DNA of 64,000 nucleotides from Actinomycetes bacterium (GTDB taxonomy: Bacteria > Actinomycetota > Actinomycetes > S36-B12 > GCA-2699445): NCBI GenBank assembly GCA_022599915.1, contig JAHZLH010000066.1, forward strand, positions 5,447 to 69,446, written 5' to 3'. Positions 17,828 to 26,773 of this stretch are shown here, piece after piece. Each line of letters begins with the position of its first letter. Position 1 is the stretch's first letter. The notes under the pieces are model-generated. The model was not told the origin of the DNA and made no database searches. It worked only from the letters and a program-made list of their open reading frames with translations. A program made the translations under genes and the position numbers.

Positions 17828-18366
17828 CAGGGCAACACTCCGGCATGAGCCAACGCCATGCGCAGCAACCGATCTCGGCCACCGATCATCTCGACCAGAA
17901 CATCCGGACTGATAGCTTCCTCCGGCGAAAGCCAAGCCAATTCCAGTGCCGACTGGGTGGGCTCACAGTCCCCAAATACCGGCACGATGAACGCCAACGA
18001 AACGGCTTGGTGGCGGGAGTCATAGAACCCGGTCACACCGGGATCGGGAAAATACTCGACCACCGTGAACGGCTGCGGTGACACCGGCACCCGAGGCAGC
18101 GCCATCGGCCCGAGGTCCTTTTCCAAATGACGCAACAGCGCATCTCGGATCCGTTCCCCTTTATGCACTCGACCGGACACCAGGGTGCGGTTCAACATTC
18201 CGTCTTGAGTAGCGCGCAGTAGGAGCCCCACCTGGGTGAGCACCCCCGATTCGTCCACTCGGACGGGGACAGCATCCAAGTACACCAGCGGCACCTGGTC
18301 GCGTGCCTCTTGCATGGCGGCGGGCGACAGCCAGCCGCCCTGCGGCTGGGTGAGGTCGGCGGACAT
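17827..18366 (-). CDS. Nudix-fold protein with degenerate Nudix box (DUF4916-like)
   Basis: 179 aa from ATG 18366 (MSADLTQPQ...). It contains G-X5-E-X7-R-H-L-E-K-D-L-G (SGRVHKGERIRDALLRHLEKDLG) in place of the canonical REUXEE core. The longer track ORF (284 aa) would run into the divergent permease gene. Confidence 0.7.
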   Translation of the reverse strand: MSADLTQPQGGWLSPAAMQEARDQVPLVYLDAVPVRVDESGVLTQVGLLLRATQDGMLNRTLVSGRVHKGERIRDALLRHLEKDLGPMALPRVPVSPQPFTVVEYFPDPGVTGFYDSRHQAVSLAFIVPVFGDCEPTQSALELAWLSPEEAISPDVLVEMIGGRDRLLRMALAHAGVLP

Positions 18367-18496
18367 AGTCTTCCTCTCCACGATCACCGCTACTGCTATC
18401 TGACCGAACGACAAGATAAGCAGGCGGGCGAGCACTAGGTTAGTGGCAAACGAGACGTTCGGTGCTCGTCCCGCGGAATGTGGAGGATACCGATTC

Positions 18497-19882
18497 ATGA
18501 CCGCCATCGACGACAAGCCAGCTAATGCGGATGCCAATCCGCGGGGAATGACGCTGTGGCCGGCGACAGCGCTGGTCACGGGAACGATCATCGGCGCGGG
18601 TATTTTTACCCAGCCCACCTGGCTCGCCCAGTACGGGCCCATCAGTTTGGTGGGCTTTGCTCTGACCGCGCTAGGCAGCATCGCGCTGGCGTTGGTCTTT
18701 GCCCGACTAGCCCGTCGGTCTCCAGACGTTGGTGGACCCTACGCGTTCGCACGTAGCGGTTTCGGTGACTTCGTTGGCTTCCAATCGGCCTGGACCTACT
18801 GGATTGGAGCCTGGGTTGCCGTCGGAGCGATCGCCTCATCCATGGTGATTTACCTCGGGGTATTGATTCCACCGGTAGTGGAGAACAAGTGGCTCAGTGC
18901 AGGCACGGCGATTGCCGTGATCGCGTTACTGACCTGGGTCAACGGCAAAGGTGCCGTGACCGGCGCGAAGACCTCACTGGTGCTCACTGTTCTCAAGGTT
19001 GTACCGCTGCTCTTGATCGGCACCCTAGGTTTCATCGCTTTCAACCCGGACAATCTCGGTCCCTTCAATGGCAGCGAACTACCCACGGTGGAGGTCATTG
19101 CCGCTGTCATGGCCTACACCTTGTTCAGCTTTATCGGCGTCGAGGCCGCCACGATTCCGGCCGGGGATGTGCACGAACCGGACAAGACCATCCCCCGAGC
19201 GACGATGATCGGCACCATCGGTGCGGCAGTCGTGTATCTGTTGAGTACCGCAGCCGTCTTCGGCGCAGTGCCCAACGAAGAACTGCAAAGTAACGATGCG
19301 GCGTTCAGCATCGCCGCAGAGAACATGTTTGGCAGTTGGGCCGGCCCGGTAGTGGCGCTACTTGCGGTGATCTCCTGCCTCGGCGCCATGAACGGACTAC
19401 TGCTGCTGTCCGGCCAGATTCCGATGGCCGCCGAGTTTGATGGTCTGGCACCCAAGGTCTTCGGCAAACTCAACATCAATCGTGCGCCAGCCACCGGACT
19501 GCTCATTTCGTCAACTCTCGCTGCCGGCATCCTCATCCTGCAGTTCTCCGGTGGATCGCTGGGTAACGCTGTCGCGGTGCTGGTGCTGGTGTCAGCGGTG
19601 GCCACCATGATTTCCTACAGTTTCTCCGCAGCCGCACAGATTAAATGGTTGCTCATCGACCGGGGCCAAATGGATGTCAAACATCTAGTGCGACAGATGA
19701 CGGTAGCGGTCATCGCGTTGGCCTTCTGCATCTTCGCGCTCTACGGTGGCGGCACCCAAGAGATTTACTGGCTGTTCATGATCATCATGATCGGAGTGCC
19801 GCTGTATGTGTTCATCCTGTGGCGCCGACAGAAACAAGACGGCCAGGCCAATGAGGAACCCGCTGAGCCCTACAGCATCTAG
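18497..19882 (+). CDS. APC-superfamily amino acid permease
   Basis: About 12 hydrophobic segments are visible. I prefer ATG 18497 (GGAGGA 9 nt upstream, 461 aa) over GTG 18443. Confidence 0.85.
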   Translation: MTAIDDKPANADANPRGMTLWPATALVTGTIIGAGIFTQPTWLAQYGPISLVGFALTALGSIALALVFARLARRSPDVGGPYAFARSGFGDFVGFQSAWTYWIGAWVAVGAIASSMVIYLGVLIPPVVENKWLSAGTAIAVIALLTWVNGKGAVTGAKTSLVLTVLKVVPLLLIGTLGFIAFNPDNLGPFNGSELPTVEVIAAVMAYTLFSFIGVEAATIPAGDVHEPDKTIPRATMIGTIGAAVVYLLSTAAVFGAVPNEELQSNDAAFSIAAENMFGSWAGPVVALLAVISCLGAMNGLLLLSGQIPMAAEFDGLAPKVFGKLNINRAPATGLLISSTLAAGILILQFSGGSLGNAVAVLVLVSAVATMISYSFSAAAQIKWLLIDRGQMDVKHLVRQMTVAVIALAFCIFALYGGGTQEIYWLFMIIMIGVPLYVFILWRRQKQDGQANEEPAEPYSI

Positions 19883-19908
19883 TTCCGGCTGTTGCTGACT
19901 GCACTGGA

Positions 19909-20715
19909 CTAGCTGCGCGACTGCGCTACCGCAAAACAGGCCACCGCAACTGCCGCAGCAACGTTCAGCGAATCCACTCCACCACTCATCGGAATCCGCG
20001 CCTGGAGTTCCGCCGCCTGGCGAGCACCCGCAGCTAAGCCAGGACCTTCGCTTCCCACCACCAGTGCCAGCCGTTGGTCCGCGTTATCGGCGAGAAGTTG
20101 CGTCAGTTCCGGCGCGGCCGGATCTGGGGTCAGCGCTACCGTGACCACTCCGGGTAGACCCGACTCCCATTCAGCGCGGGTCCAGGGCACTTGGAAAACC
20201 GTACCCATCGACACGCGCACACTGCGGCGATAGAGCGGGTCAGCACAAGTGGGGGTCACCAGCACCGCCCCCGCACCGAACGCCGCTGCCGAACGAAAGG
20301 CCGCTCCCACGTTGGTGTGATCGACCAAACCGTCGAGAACGACCACCCAGTCAGCATGAGCAAGTACCGCTGTGGGGGTCGGCAACGGCAGTCGCGCCAT
20401 CGCAGCCATCGGCCCGCGGTGCATGCGAAAGCCGGTGGTGGCGGTGATGACTTCTTGGCTGGCTACGTAGATCGGCAACTGCGGTTGATCGACCAGAATC
20501 GGGCGTAACTGCTCCAACCATTTCTCTTCAGTCAGCACCGATCTGACCGGATAGCCAGCGGCAGCAGCCCGGGTGATCACCGGGACTGACTCAGCCATGA
20601 ACAACCCCTCGGCAGGTTCCCGGACGGAACGTAGCCGCACGTCGGTGAGGTTCGTGTACGCCGTGATTCGCTCGTCAGCAGCATCATCGACAGCGACCAG
20701 GTTCAACTCAGCCAT
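19909..20715 (-). CDS. TrmH/SpoU-family RNA 2'-O-methyltransferase
   Basis: 268 aa with SpoU motifs LVVGSEGPGL and IPMSGGVDSLNVAAAVAV. Confidence 0.88.
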   Translation of the reverse strand: MAELNLVAVDDAADERITAYTNLTDVRLRSVREPAEGLFMAESVPVITRAAAAGYPVRSVLTEEKWLEQLRPILVDQPQLPIYVASQEVITATTGFRMHRGPMAAMARLPLPTPTAVLAHADWVVVLDGLVDHTNVGAAFRSAAAFGAGAVLVTPTCADPLYRRSVRVSMGTVFQVPWTRAEWESGLPGVVTVALTPDPAAPELTQLLADNADQRLALVVGSEGPGLAAGARQAAELQARIPMSGGVDSLNVAAAVAVACFAVAQSRS

Positions 20716-20765
20716 GGTCTCGGCTTAGCTGGGCCATGATCGACAACCCGATCCAGCCGGTCGAA

Positions 20766-21650
20766 CTAATCCTCTTTCCCGCCACTACTGCGGAAGGCCT
20801 GGCCTAAGCCCGCCATGGCCGAACTCAACTCGGCGGGCACCACCCAGACCTTGTTGGCAGTTCCGTTAGCGATGTTGGGCAGTTGCTGCAAGTACTGATA
20901 CGCCATAACTTGCTCGTCGGCGTCGGCAGCATGAATTGCGCCGAAGACCCGGGCGATGGCTTCCGCCTCAGCCTCCGCCCGCAGAACTCTGGCCCGCGCA
21001 TCACCTTCTGCCGACAGAATCTGCGACTCACGCTCACCTTCGGCGGTGAGGATGGCCGATCTCTTGGAGCCTTCCGCACTGAGGATCGCGGCTCGTTTGT
21101 CTCGCTCGGCCCGCATCTGCTTCTCCATCGAGTCCTGCACTGACGGCGGCGGGTCGATCGCCTTGAGTTCCACCCGGTTGACCCGGATTCCCCATTTGCC
21201 AGTGGCCTCGTCTAGCACCCCTCGCAGCGCTAGGTTGATTTCTTCGCGGGAGGTCAGGGTTTCCTCAAGATCCATGCCCCCTACGACATTTCGCAGCGTG
21301 GTGACAGTCAACTGCTCGACGCCATGAATGTAATCATTGATCTCATACGTAGCAGCCTGCGGGTCGGTCACCTGGAAGTAAATGACGGAGTCGATCTGTA
21401 CCACCAGATTGTCTTCGGTAATGACCGGTTGCGGCGGGAAACTCACCACCTGCTCACGCATGTCGACGAGGGTCCGCATCCGATCCACAAACGGAATGAT
21501 GATGCTTAAGCCCGGCATCAGCGTGCGCTGGTAGCGCCCGAGCCGCTCAACGATGCCAGCGTGTGCCTGGCGAACGATCTTGACGGTCCGGCTCAAAATG
21601 ATCAACACCAGAATGGCGACAAGAAGCCCAACAATTGCTCCGATGGTCAT
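20766..21650 (-). CDS. SPFH/band-7 (stomatin/prohibitin-like) membrane protein
   Basis: 294 aa with an N-terminal TM segment and an SPFH core (VKIVRQAHAGIVERLGRY...). An Ala/Glu-rich coiled C-terminus follows. It is downstream of nfeD. Confidence 0.9.
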   Translation of the reverse strand: MTIGAIVGLLVAILVLIILSRTVKIVRQAHAGIVERLGRYQRTLMPGLSIIIPFVDRMRTLVDMREQVVSFPPQPVITEDNLVVQIDSVIYFQVTDPQAATYEINDYIHGVEQLTVTTLRNVVGGMDLEETLTSREEINLALRGVLDEATGKWGIRVNRVELKAIDPPPSVQDSMEKQMRAERDKRAAILSAEGSKRSAILTAEGERESQILSAEGDARARVLRAEAEAEAIARVFGAIHAADADEQVMAYQYLQQLPNIANGTANKVWVVPAELSSAMAGLGQAFRSSGGKED

Positions 21651-21672
21651 GATTCCTACTTCCTGCGCCCGA

Positions 21673-22098
21673 TCAACCGATCAGCGCCGTTGCACCTTCA
21701 ATATCTAGGACCTGGACCGACTCACCCACTGGGTAGACCGTGTCACCGTCGAAACTGCGCGCTGACCATAGTTCGCCGCGCAGTTTCACCCGACCATCGT
21801 GACCATCAACCTCGGCCACCACCTCGGCATCAGCCCCCACCAGGGCTGCGGTTCCAGAACGAGTTTCAATCGGTTGTCGGATGTGGCGCCGCGCGACCGG
21901 TCGGACGAAGCCAACCATAGCCGCACTTGTACCGGCGAAAACCAGCCAAGGAAGCCAATCCGAACCAGTGACCGCCGCGGTACCCGCACCTGCGAGCGAA
22001 CCGACAGCCAGCATTCCCAGAATGAGCGTGCCACCGGTGGAAAACTCCGCGATGCCGAGCACGATTGCCCCAATCGTCCACCACACCCATGCATCCAT
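21673..22098 (-). CDS. NfeD-family membrane protein
   Basis: 141 aa with N-terminal TM helices and a C-terminal OB-like segment (GRVKLRGELWSARS). It forms the classical nfeD-SPFH gene pair. Confidence 0.88.
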   Translation of the reverse strand: MDAWVWWTIGAIVLGIAEFSTGGTLILGMLAVGSLAGAGTAAVTGSDWLPWLVFAGTSAAMVGFVRPVARRHIRQPIETRSGTAALVGADAEVVAEVDGHDGRVKLRGELWSARSFDGDTVYPVGESVQVLDIEGATALIG

Positions 22099-22208
22099 AC
22101 CTTCAGCCTACGGGTATCACACCGCTGCGGCACGCCATCTAGCGGCGAGAACGCGGTTCTCCTCGATCAGCGAACACGCAACGTCTACCACCAGACGGGT
22201 AGCCGCAG

Positions 22209-23003
22209 CTAGTTACCGAACGCCCAGAATCGGGAGAACACCTTGCTCACGAGAAGTGGGGTATCGAATGCTGCGGTCAGATGCTCTTCGGTGATGACCT
22301 CATCGATGGGCCCCTGGGCCAGCATTCGTCCCTCCCGGAGCAGCAGTGCGTGGGTGAAGCCGGCGGGAATTTCCTCCACATGGTGGGTAATCATGACCTG
22401 CACGGGCGCGGTTTCGTCCCGCGCAACGGCAGACAGCCGATCTAGCAGGTTCTCCCGCGCCCCAACATCTAGGCCAGCTGCTGGTTCATCCATCAACAGC
22501 AGTTCCGGATTGGGAAACAACGCCCGCGCCAACAGCACCTTCTTGCGTTCGCCATCTGACAGCGTGCCCAACCGGCGATCCGCTAGGTGCTCCAAGCCCA
22601 TGAAATACAACAGCTCGTCGCAGCGCTTCAGATCGACGTCGTCATACTCTTCCAGGTAACGGCCCGAAACCGACCAACCGGCGGTGATGATCGTGTCGAT
22701 AACGCTTTCGTGGGCGGGAATGCTATCCGTGGCGCGCGCGGACAGCAGCCCAATCCGGGGCCGGAGGTCAAAGACATCCACCAGACCCAACGGCTCCCCC
22801 AAAACTGAGATGGCACCAGTGGTGGGATGAACCCGGGTAGCCATCAGGTCCAACAGCGTGGTCTTTCCCGCACCATTGGGACCCAGAATCGCCCAGCGCT
22901 GGCCAGCCGTCACCTCCAGGCTGATCTCGGACAGGATGGGCTTACCTTCGCGCTGAACGGAGGCTGCTTCCACCCGGATCACCGTGGTCACGCTCCGCAC
23001 CAT
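22209..23003 (-). CDS. Stand-alone ABC ATPase (no adjacent permease)
   Basis: 264 aa with Walker A GPNGAGKTT, signature LSDGERKKV and Walker B LLLMDEP. Confidence 0.9.
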   Translation of the reverse strand: MVRSVTTVIRVEAASVQREGKPILSEISLEVTAGQRWAILGPNGAGKTTLLDLMATRVHPTTGAISVLGEPLGLVDVFDLRPRIGLLSARATDSIPAHESVIDTIITAGWSVSGRYLEEYDDVDLKRCDELLYFMGLEHLADRRLGTLSDGERKKVLLARALFPNPELLLMDEPAAGLDVGARENLLDRLSAVARDETAPVQVMITHHVEEIPAGFTHALLLREGRMLAQGPIDEVITEEHLTAAFDTPLLVSKVFSRFWAFGN

Positions 23004-23195
23004 ACCTGGCGAATTCGCCGGGATCGCTGATTGAACCGCGGCGGCTAGTCATCGTGACCATGACCTACTGTCGCGATCGGCCCTGGTGTGTCAAAGTGAC
23101 GCCGTGATACCGATTTCTCGTGGCACCGGTGCCGAGTTGACTTGGTGCAAAACCACCATCGTCAACCCCACCGGACTCACCGCTGGGAGGAAACG

Positions 23196-23909
23196 GTGAC
23201 CAGTCAGGTGCGCCGGATTGCCGCCAGCGGTCAAATGGTGTGGTGGCTGAATGCGGTGCTGGCTCAAATCTGTTCACCAGATGATGCCGCTGGCAAGATC
23301 CTCGGCACCTGCCATGGACTCGCTGAAGCTCCAGTCGCCGGGCCTGCGTTGGTCGGCGCGTTGCGAGGTCGTGGGGTCGATCGAGCAGTGCTGGCGGTGG
23401 TCGAGGCGGGCGATCCACTGGGACTACCCGGACCGGCACCCATCACCAAAGCAGCGGTAGGGGCCGGGGTGGCTATTGTCGCCGGCGATGGCTCGATAAC
23501 GATGATTCCCGCCGATGGCGAACCACCGCTGGACTGGTTGGTGTTACCAAGTTCGCAGCGGATTGATCCCATCGCCCAGCTGGGCTCTCTCGGTGAGGCG
23601 CACTCGTTGATGCGGGAGGGCATGTTGCAGATCTCCGCCAGCATGACCGGGCTAGAACCCGATGAGGTCGCGATGGCCGAGTTGTCTCGCTACCGCGACT
23701 GGCGACCACCCGACCCACCACCTGGACTGCCACCACGCGCCGCGCAGCTGGCCGAGTCTGCCCTGCGGGTCTGGTGGCTGACTGGCGTGGCGCAGGAACT
23801 GGCCCAGCGCCGGGGGGCGAATCCCCCGCAGCAGATTCGGGAACTCCGACCACTGGCTCGTCGGGCCAGCGCTGCCGCTTTCAGCGTGCCATTGCTCGCA
23901 CCGGCTTGA
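23196..23909 (+). CDS. Hypothetical protein, Pro/Ala-rich, no family recognised
   Basis: The open frame runs 23142-23909. I prefer GTG 23196 (GGGAGGA 6 nt upstream, 237 aa). Third codon positions are mostly G/C, consistent with coding, but no motif is recognised. Confidence 0.55.
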   Translation: MTSQVRRIAASGQMVWWLNAVLAQICSPDDAAGKILGTCHGLAEAPVAGPALVGALRGRGVDRAVLAVVEAGDPLGLPGPAPITKAAVGAGVAIVAGDGSITMIPADGEPPLDWLVLPSSQRIDPIAQLGSLGEAHSLMREGMLQISASMTGLEPDEVAMAELSRYRDWRPPDPPPGLPPRAAQLAESALRVWWLTGVAQELAQRRGANPPQQIRELRPLARRASAAAFSVPLLAPA

Positions 23910-24017
23910 CCCAGTCAGCGAACACCTGAACGGGAGTCAGCCGACACGATGGCGAAGTCCGGCGGGTAACCGATGAGCTGCCGGACCAAACAGCGGCGAT
24001 GCCGCTAGGTTCAGCAT

Positions 24018-24917
24018 ATGAGTGGATTCCGAGTCGGGGGAAACCATTTCGGTGGGGTCCCGCGCGACTACTGGCGGCGGCGAAATGCGGCACTCGATCC
24101 ACAGCGCGACTATGCGGAGATCTACCGCAATATTGCGCAGTACGAGTTCCCGTGGGAGATTCTGCAGTCGCTGAGTTTGGCTCTTTTTCGCACTTTTGCA
24201 GTACCCACCATCGGCGAGTTACTAGATCGCACTCAAGAGTTCCAACGGCACACCCAAAAGCGGTATGACGACACCACGCTGCTCTTGGAGCAACCGACCA
24301 CCGCTGGCTTCGATAGCGATGCTGGCCGAACAGCAATCCGACGGATCAACCAGATGCATCGGGCCTACGACATCAGTAACAACGACCTGCGCTACGTTCT
24401 CAGCACTTTCGTCGTGGTTCCGATTCGGTGGATTGCCGACTACGGCAAGCGCCCGTTGGATCCGGGTGAGGTGCGGGCGACAGTGGCCTTCTATCAGCAC
24501 CTCGGGCGCATGATGGGGATCAAGGACATCCCTGCTGACTATCAGGAGTTCGGCGACTTGATGGATGACTACGAGGGGCAGCACTTCCGAACAAATCCCG
24601 CATCACGCCGCGTTGCTGACGCCACCCTCAACTTGCTAACTAGCTTCTATCCGCGGCCACTGATGCCGCTGGTACAGGCTGCGGCACGGTCGATGATGGA
24701 TCCGCCACTACTGGCGGCGCTGGCCTACCAGCGCCCACCAACGGCTTTCTATCGCGCCACTCATGCGCTTCTGGCGGCACGGGGCCGAATCTTGCGCCTC
24801 TTCCCTGCTCGCCGGACCGGAGCGCTGGCGGAGAACTACGCGCGGATGCGTAGTTATCCCGGTGGATTTGCACTGCAGGACCTCGGTACTTTCCCGGAGC
24901 GGGACCACGCGGGGTAA
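24018..24917 (+). CDS. MpaB-family (DUF2236) putative oxygenase
   Basis: 299 aa. The overall pattern (FPWEILQSLSLALFRTFAVP...RYDDTTLLL...INQMH) matches my recollection of MpaB/DUF2236 proteins. Confidence 0.65.
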   Translation: MSGFRVGGNHFGGVPRDYWRRRNAALDPQRDYAEIYRNIAQYEFPWEILQSLSLALFRTFAVPTIGELLDRTQEFQRHTQKRYDDTTLLLEQPTTAGFDSDAGRTAIRRINQMHRAYDISNNDLRYVLSTFVVVPIRWIADYGKRPLDPGEVRATVAFYQHLGRMMGIKDIPADYQEFGDLMDDYEGQHFRTNPASRRVADATLNLLTSFYPRPLMPLVQAAARSMMDPPLLAALAYQRPPTAFYRATHALLAARGRILRLFPARRTGALAENYARMRSYPGGFALQDLGTFPERDHAG

Positions 24918-24955
24918 GTCCACGGGTCAATCGCCGAGGGCTAGCCATTCCCGGG

Positions 24956-26173
24956 TTGCCGAGTCGGTATCGTGGGCGTGCCATGGCTGACACATCGAAT
25001 GTTCCTCAGGATTCACTGCTGATCACTGTCAGCGGCCGAGATCGTCCTGGGCTGACTGCACGTATCTTCCAACAGTTGCGGGGTGAGGTACTCGATGTAG
25101 AGCAGACTGTGGTGTCCGGCCGGTTAGTGCAGCTGGTGCTCCTCGTCCCAGATCAGCCAGACCAGATTCGACAACACCTAGCCCAACTCGCCGAGGAACT
25201 GGCACTCGACGTGGAAATCGCCGCTACCCGAGACCTGCCCAACGATCGGCAACTGGGCCGGCAACAGGTCGTGGTCTTAGCCGCCCCGCTGCCACCGGGT
25301 GCCATAGCCGCCATCGCCGAGGCGATTCGCGATAGCGGCGGAAACATCGAACGAATCTCCCGCATCGCGGCGTATCCGGTCACTGCCCTAGAGATCACTG
25401 TGGTTGACGCGGACCCAGAACAACTGCGCCGCACCACCGCAGCGGCAGCCAGCGCTCATAACGTCGACGTGAGTTCACAGCCGTTATCGATCAACCGATT
25501 TGGGCGCCGACTGATCGTGCTCGATGTCGACTCCACTCTGATTCAAGACGAAGTCATCGAGTTGCTCGCCGCTCATTCCGGCACGCTTGCCCAGGTGGCT
25601 GAAATCACCGAGCGCGCGATGCGTGGCGAACTAGACTTCGCCGAGTCGCTCGCAGAACGAGCTGCACTACTTGCGGGCTCGCCAGCGACAGTACTCGACG
25701 AAGTGCGCGAGCAAATCCGCCTCACCCCAGGCGCACGAACGCTGTGCCGCACCTTGACGGGGTTGGGACATCAGGTGGCGCTAGTCAGTGGCGGTTTCAC
25801 GGCAGTCATCCAACCGCTCGCTGACGAGTTAGGAGTGCACCACGTTCGGGCTAACACCTTGGAGGTGGCTGACGGGGTGCTCACTGGTCGGGTGATCGAT
25901 CCAATCGTTGACCGGGCGGGCAAGGCCGCTGCGCTCCAGGAGTTCGCGGCCGAAGCTAACATTCCGCTGTCGCGGACGGTGGCGATCGGCGATGGTGCCA
26001 ATGACCTAGACATGTTGGCGGCAGCTGGCCTAGGGGTGGCCTTCAACGCCAAGCCGGTGTTGCGGGAGGCAGCCGATACCGCAATCAACGTGCCCTTCTT
26101 GGACTCAGTGCTCTTTCTGATGGGATTGTCACGCGAGGAAATTGAGGCTGCGCATAGCGGCGCAGAGTCGTAG
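24956..26173 (+). CDS. serB: Phosphoserine phosphatase SerB with N-terminal ACT domains
   Basis: HAD motifs are present: I (VLDVDSTLI), SGGF and GDGANDL. The N-terminal ACT-like repeats match the actinobacterial SerB2 type. The start could instead be ATG 24983. Confidence 0.92.
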   Translation: MPSRYRGRAMADTSNVPQDSLLITVSGRDRPGLTARIFQQLRGEVLDVEQTVVSGRLVQLVLLVPDQPDQIRQHLAQLAEELALDVEIAATRDLPNDRQLGRQQVVVLAAPLPPGAIAAIAEAIRDSGGNIERISRIAAYPVTALEITVVDADPEQLRRTTAAAASAHNVDVSSQPLSINRFGRRLIVLDVDSTLIQDEVIELLAAHSGTLAQVAEITERAMRGELDFAESLAERAALLAGSPATVLDEVREQIRLTPGARTLCRTLTGLGHQVALVSGGFTAVIQPLADELGVHHVRANTLEVADGVLTGRVIDPIVDRAGKAAALQEFAAEANIPLSRTVAIGDGANDLDMLAAAGLGVAFNAKPVLREAADTAINVPFLDSVLFLMGLSREEIEAAHSGAES

Positions 26174-26203
26174 CCTTTCGCGCGGATATCCCGTTGTGGG
26201 CCA

Positions 26204-26707
26204 TCAGCCCCGGGGGATGTGAAACTCCACGAGTTCCGCACTCCCCGTTGTGGTCTGCGCCCACGGCTCGACAAGCCGCAATACCGCAATGCCGCATGTC
26301 GGATACTTGCGGGCCATGGCAGTGCGGGCAGTCATGCTCCCGCTACCTGCCAGCGAAGTGGCTAGTTCTTCACAACCTGGGTTGTGCCCCACCAAAGCTG
26401 CAGTGCGACAGTCCTCCGGGAACTCCTGCACCACCGCCAGCAGTTCCTGCCAACTGGCGGCATACACCCGGTCTTCACTGAACGAGTCCGGTGCCACAGG
26501 AAACTGTTCCGCCAGCAATTGCCACGTTTGAAGAGTACGCGTGGCGGTGGAGACCGCCACGATATCCGGGGTGAGGTCGTGCTTCTGCAACCACTGACCA
26601 GCAGCCGGTGCATCCCGCCGACCACGTTCGCCGAGTGGACGGCCGTGGTCCGGAACACCCTCCGGCCAGTCGGATTTCGCATGGCGAATCACGATGAGTC
26701 GGTGCAT
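26204..26707 (-). CDS. Histidine phosphatase superfamily protein (SixA-like)
   Basis: 167 aa with the N-terminal RHAKS catalytic motif (MHRLIVIRHAKSDW) and a later GHNP. Confidence 0.85.
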   Translation of the reverse strand: MHRLIVIRHAKSDWPEGVPDHGRPLGERGRRDAPAAGQWLQKHDLTPDIVAVSTATRTLQTWQLLAEQFPVAPDSFSEDRVYAASWQELLAVVQEFPEDCRTAALVGHNPGCEELATSLAGSGSMTARTAMARKYPTCGIAVLRLVEPWAQTTTGSAELVEFHIPRG

Positions 26708-26773
26708 GGAGTCAGCCTAGGTCCGTAGCAGGTCGCTAGCGCGCCAACTGCCCAAATAGGGCAAGATGCTGCT

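Noticed and set aside
20766-22098. NfeD-SPFH gene pair as a possible novel membrane system
   Set aside because: This is a well-known, widespread two-gene module. Nothing unusual is seen here in architecture, size or neighbours.
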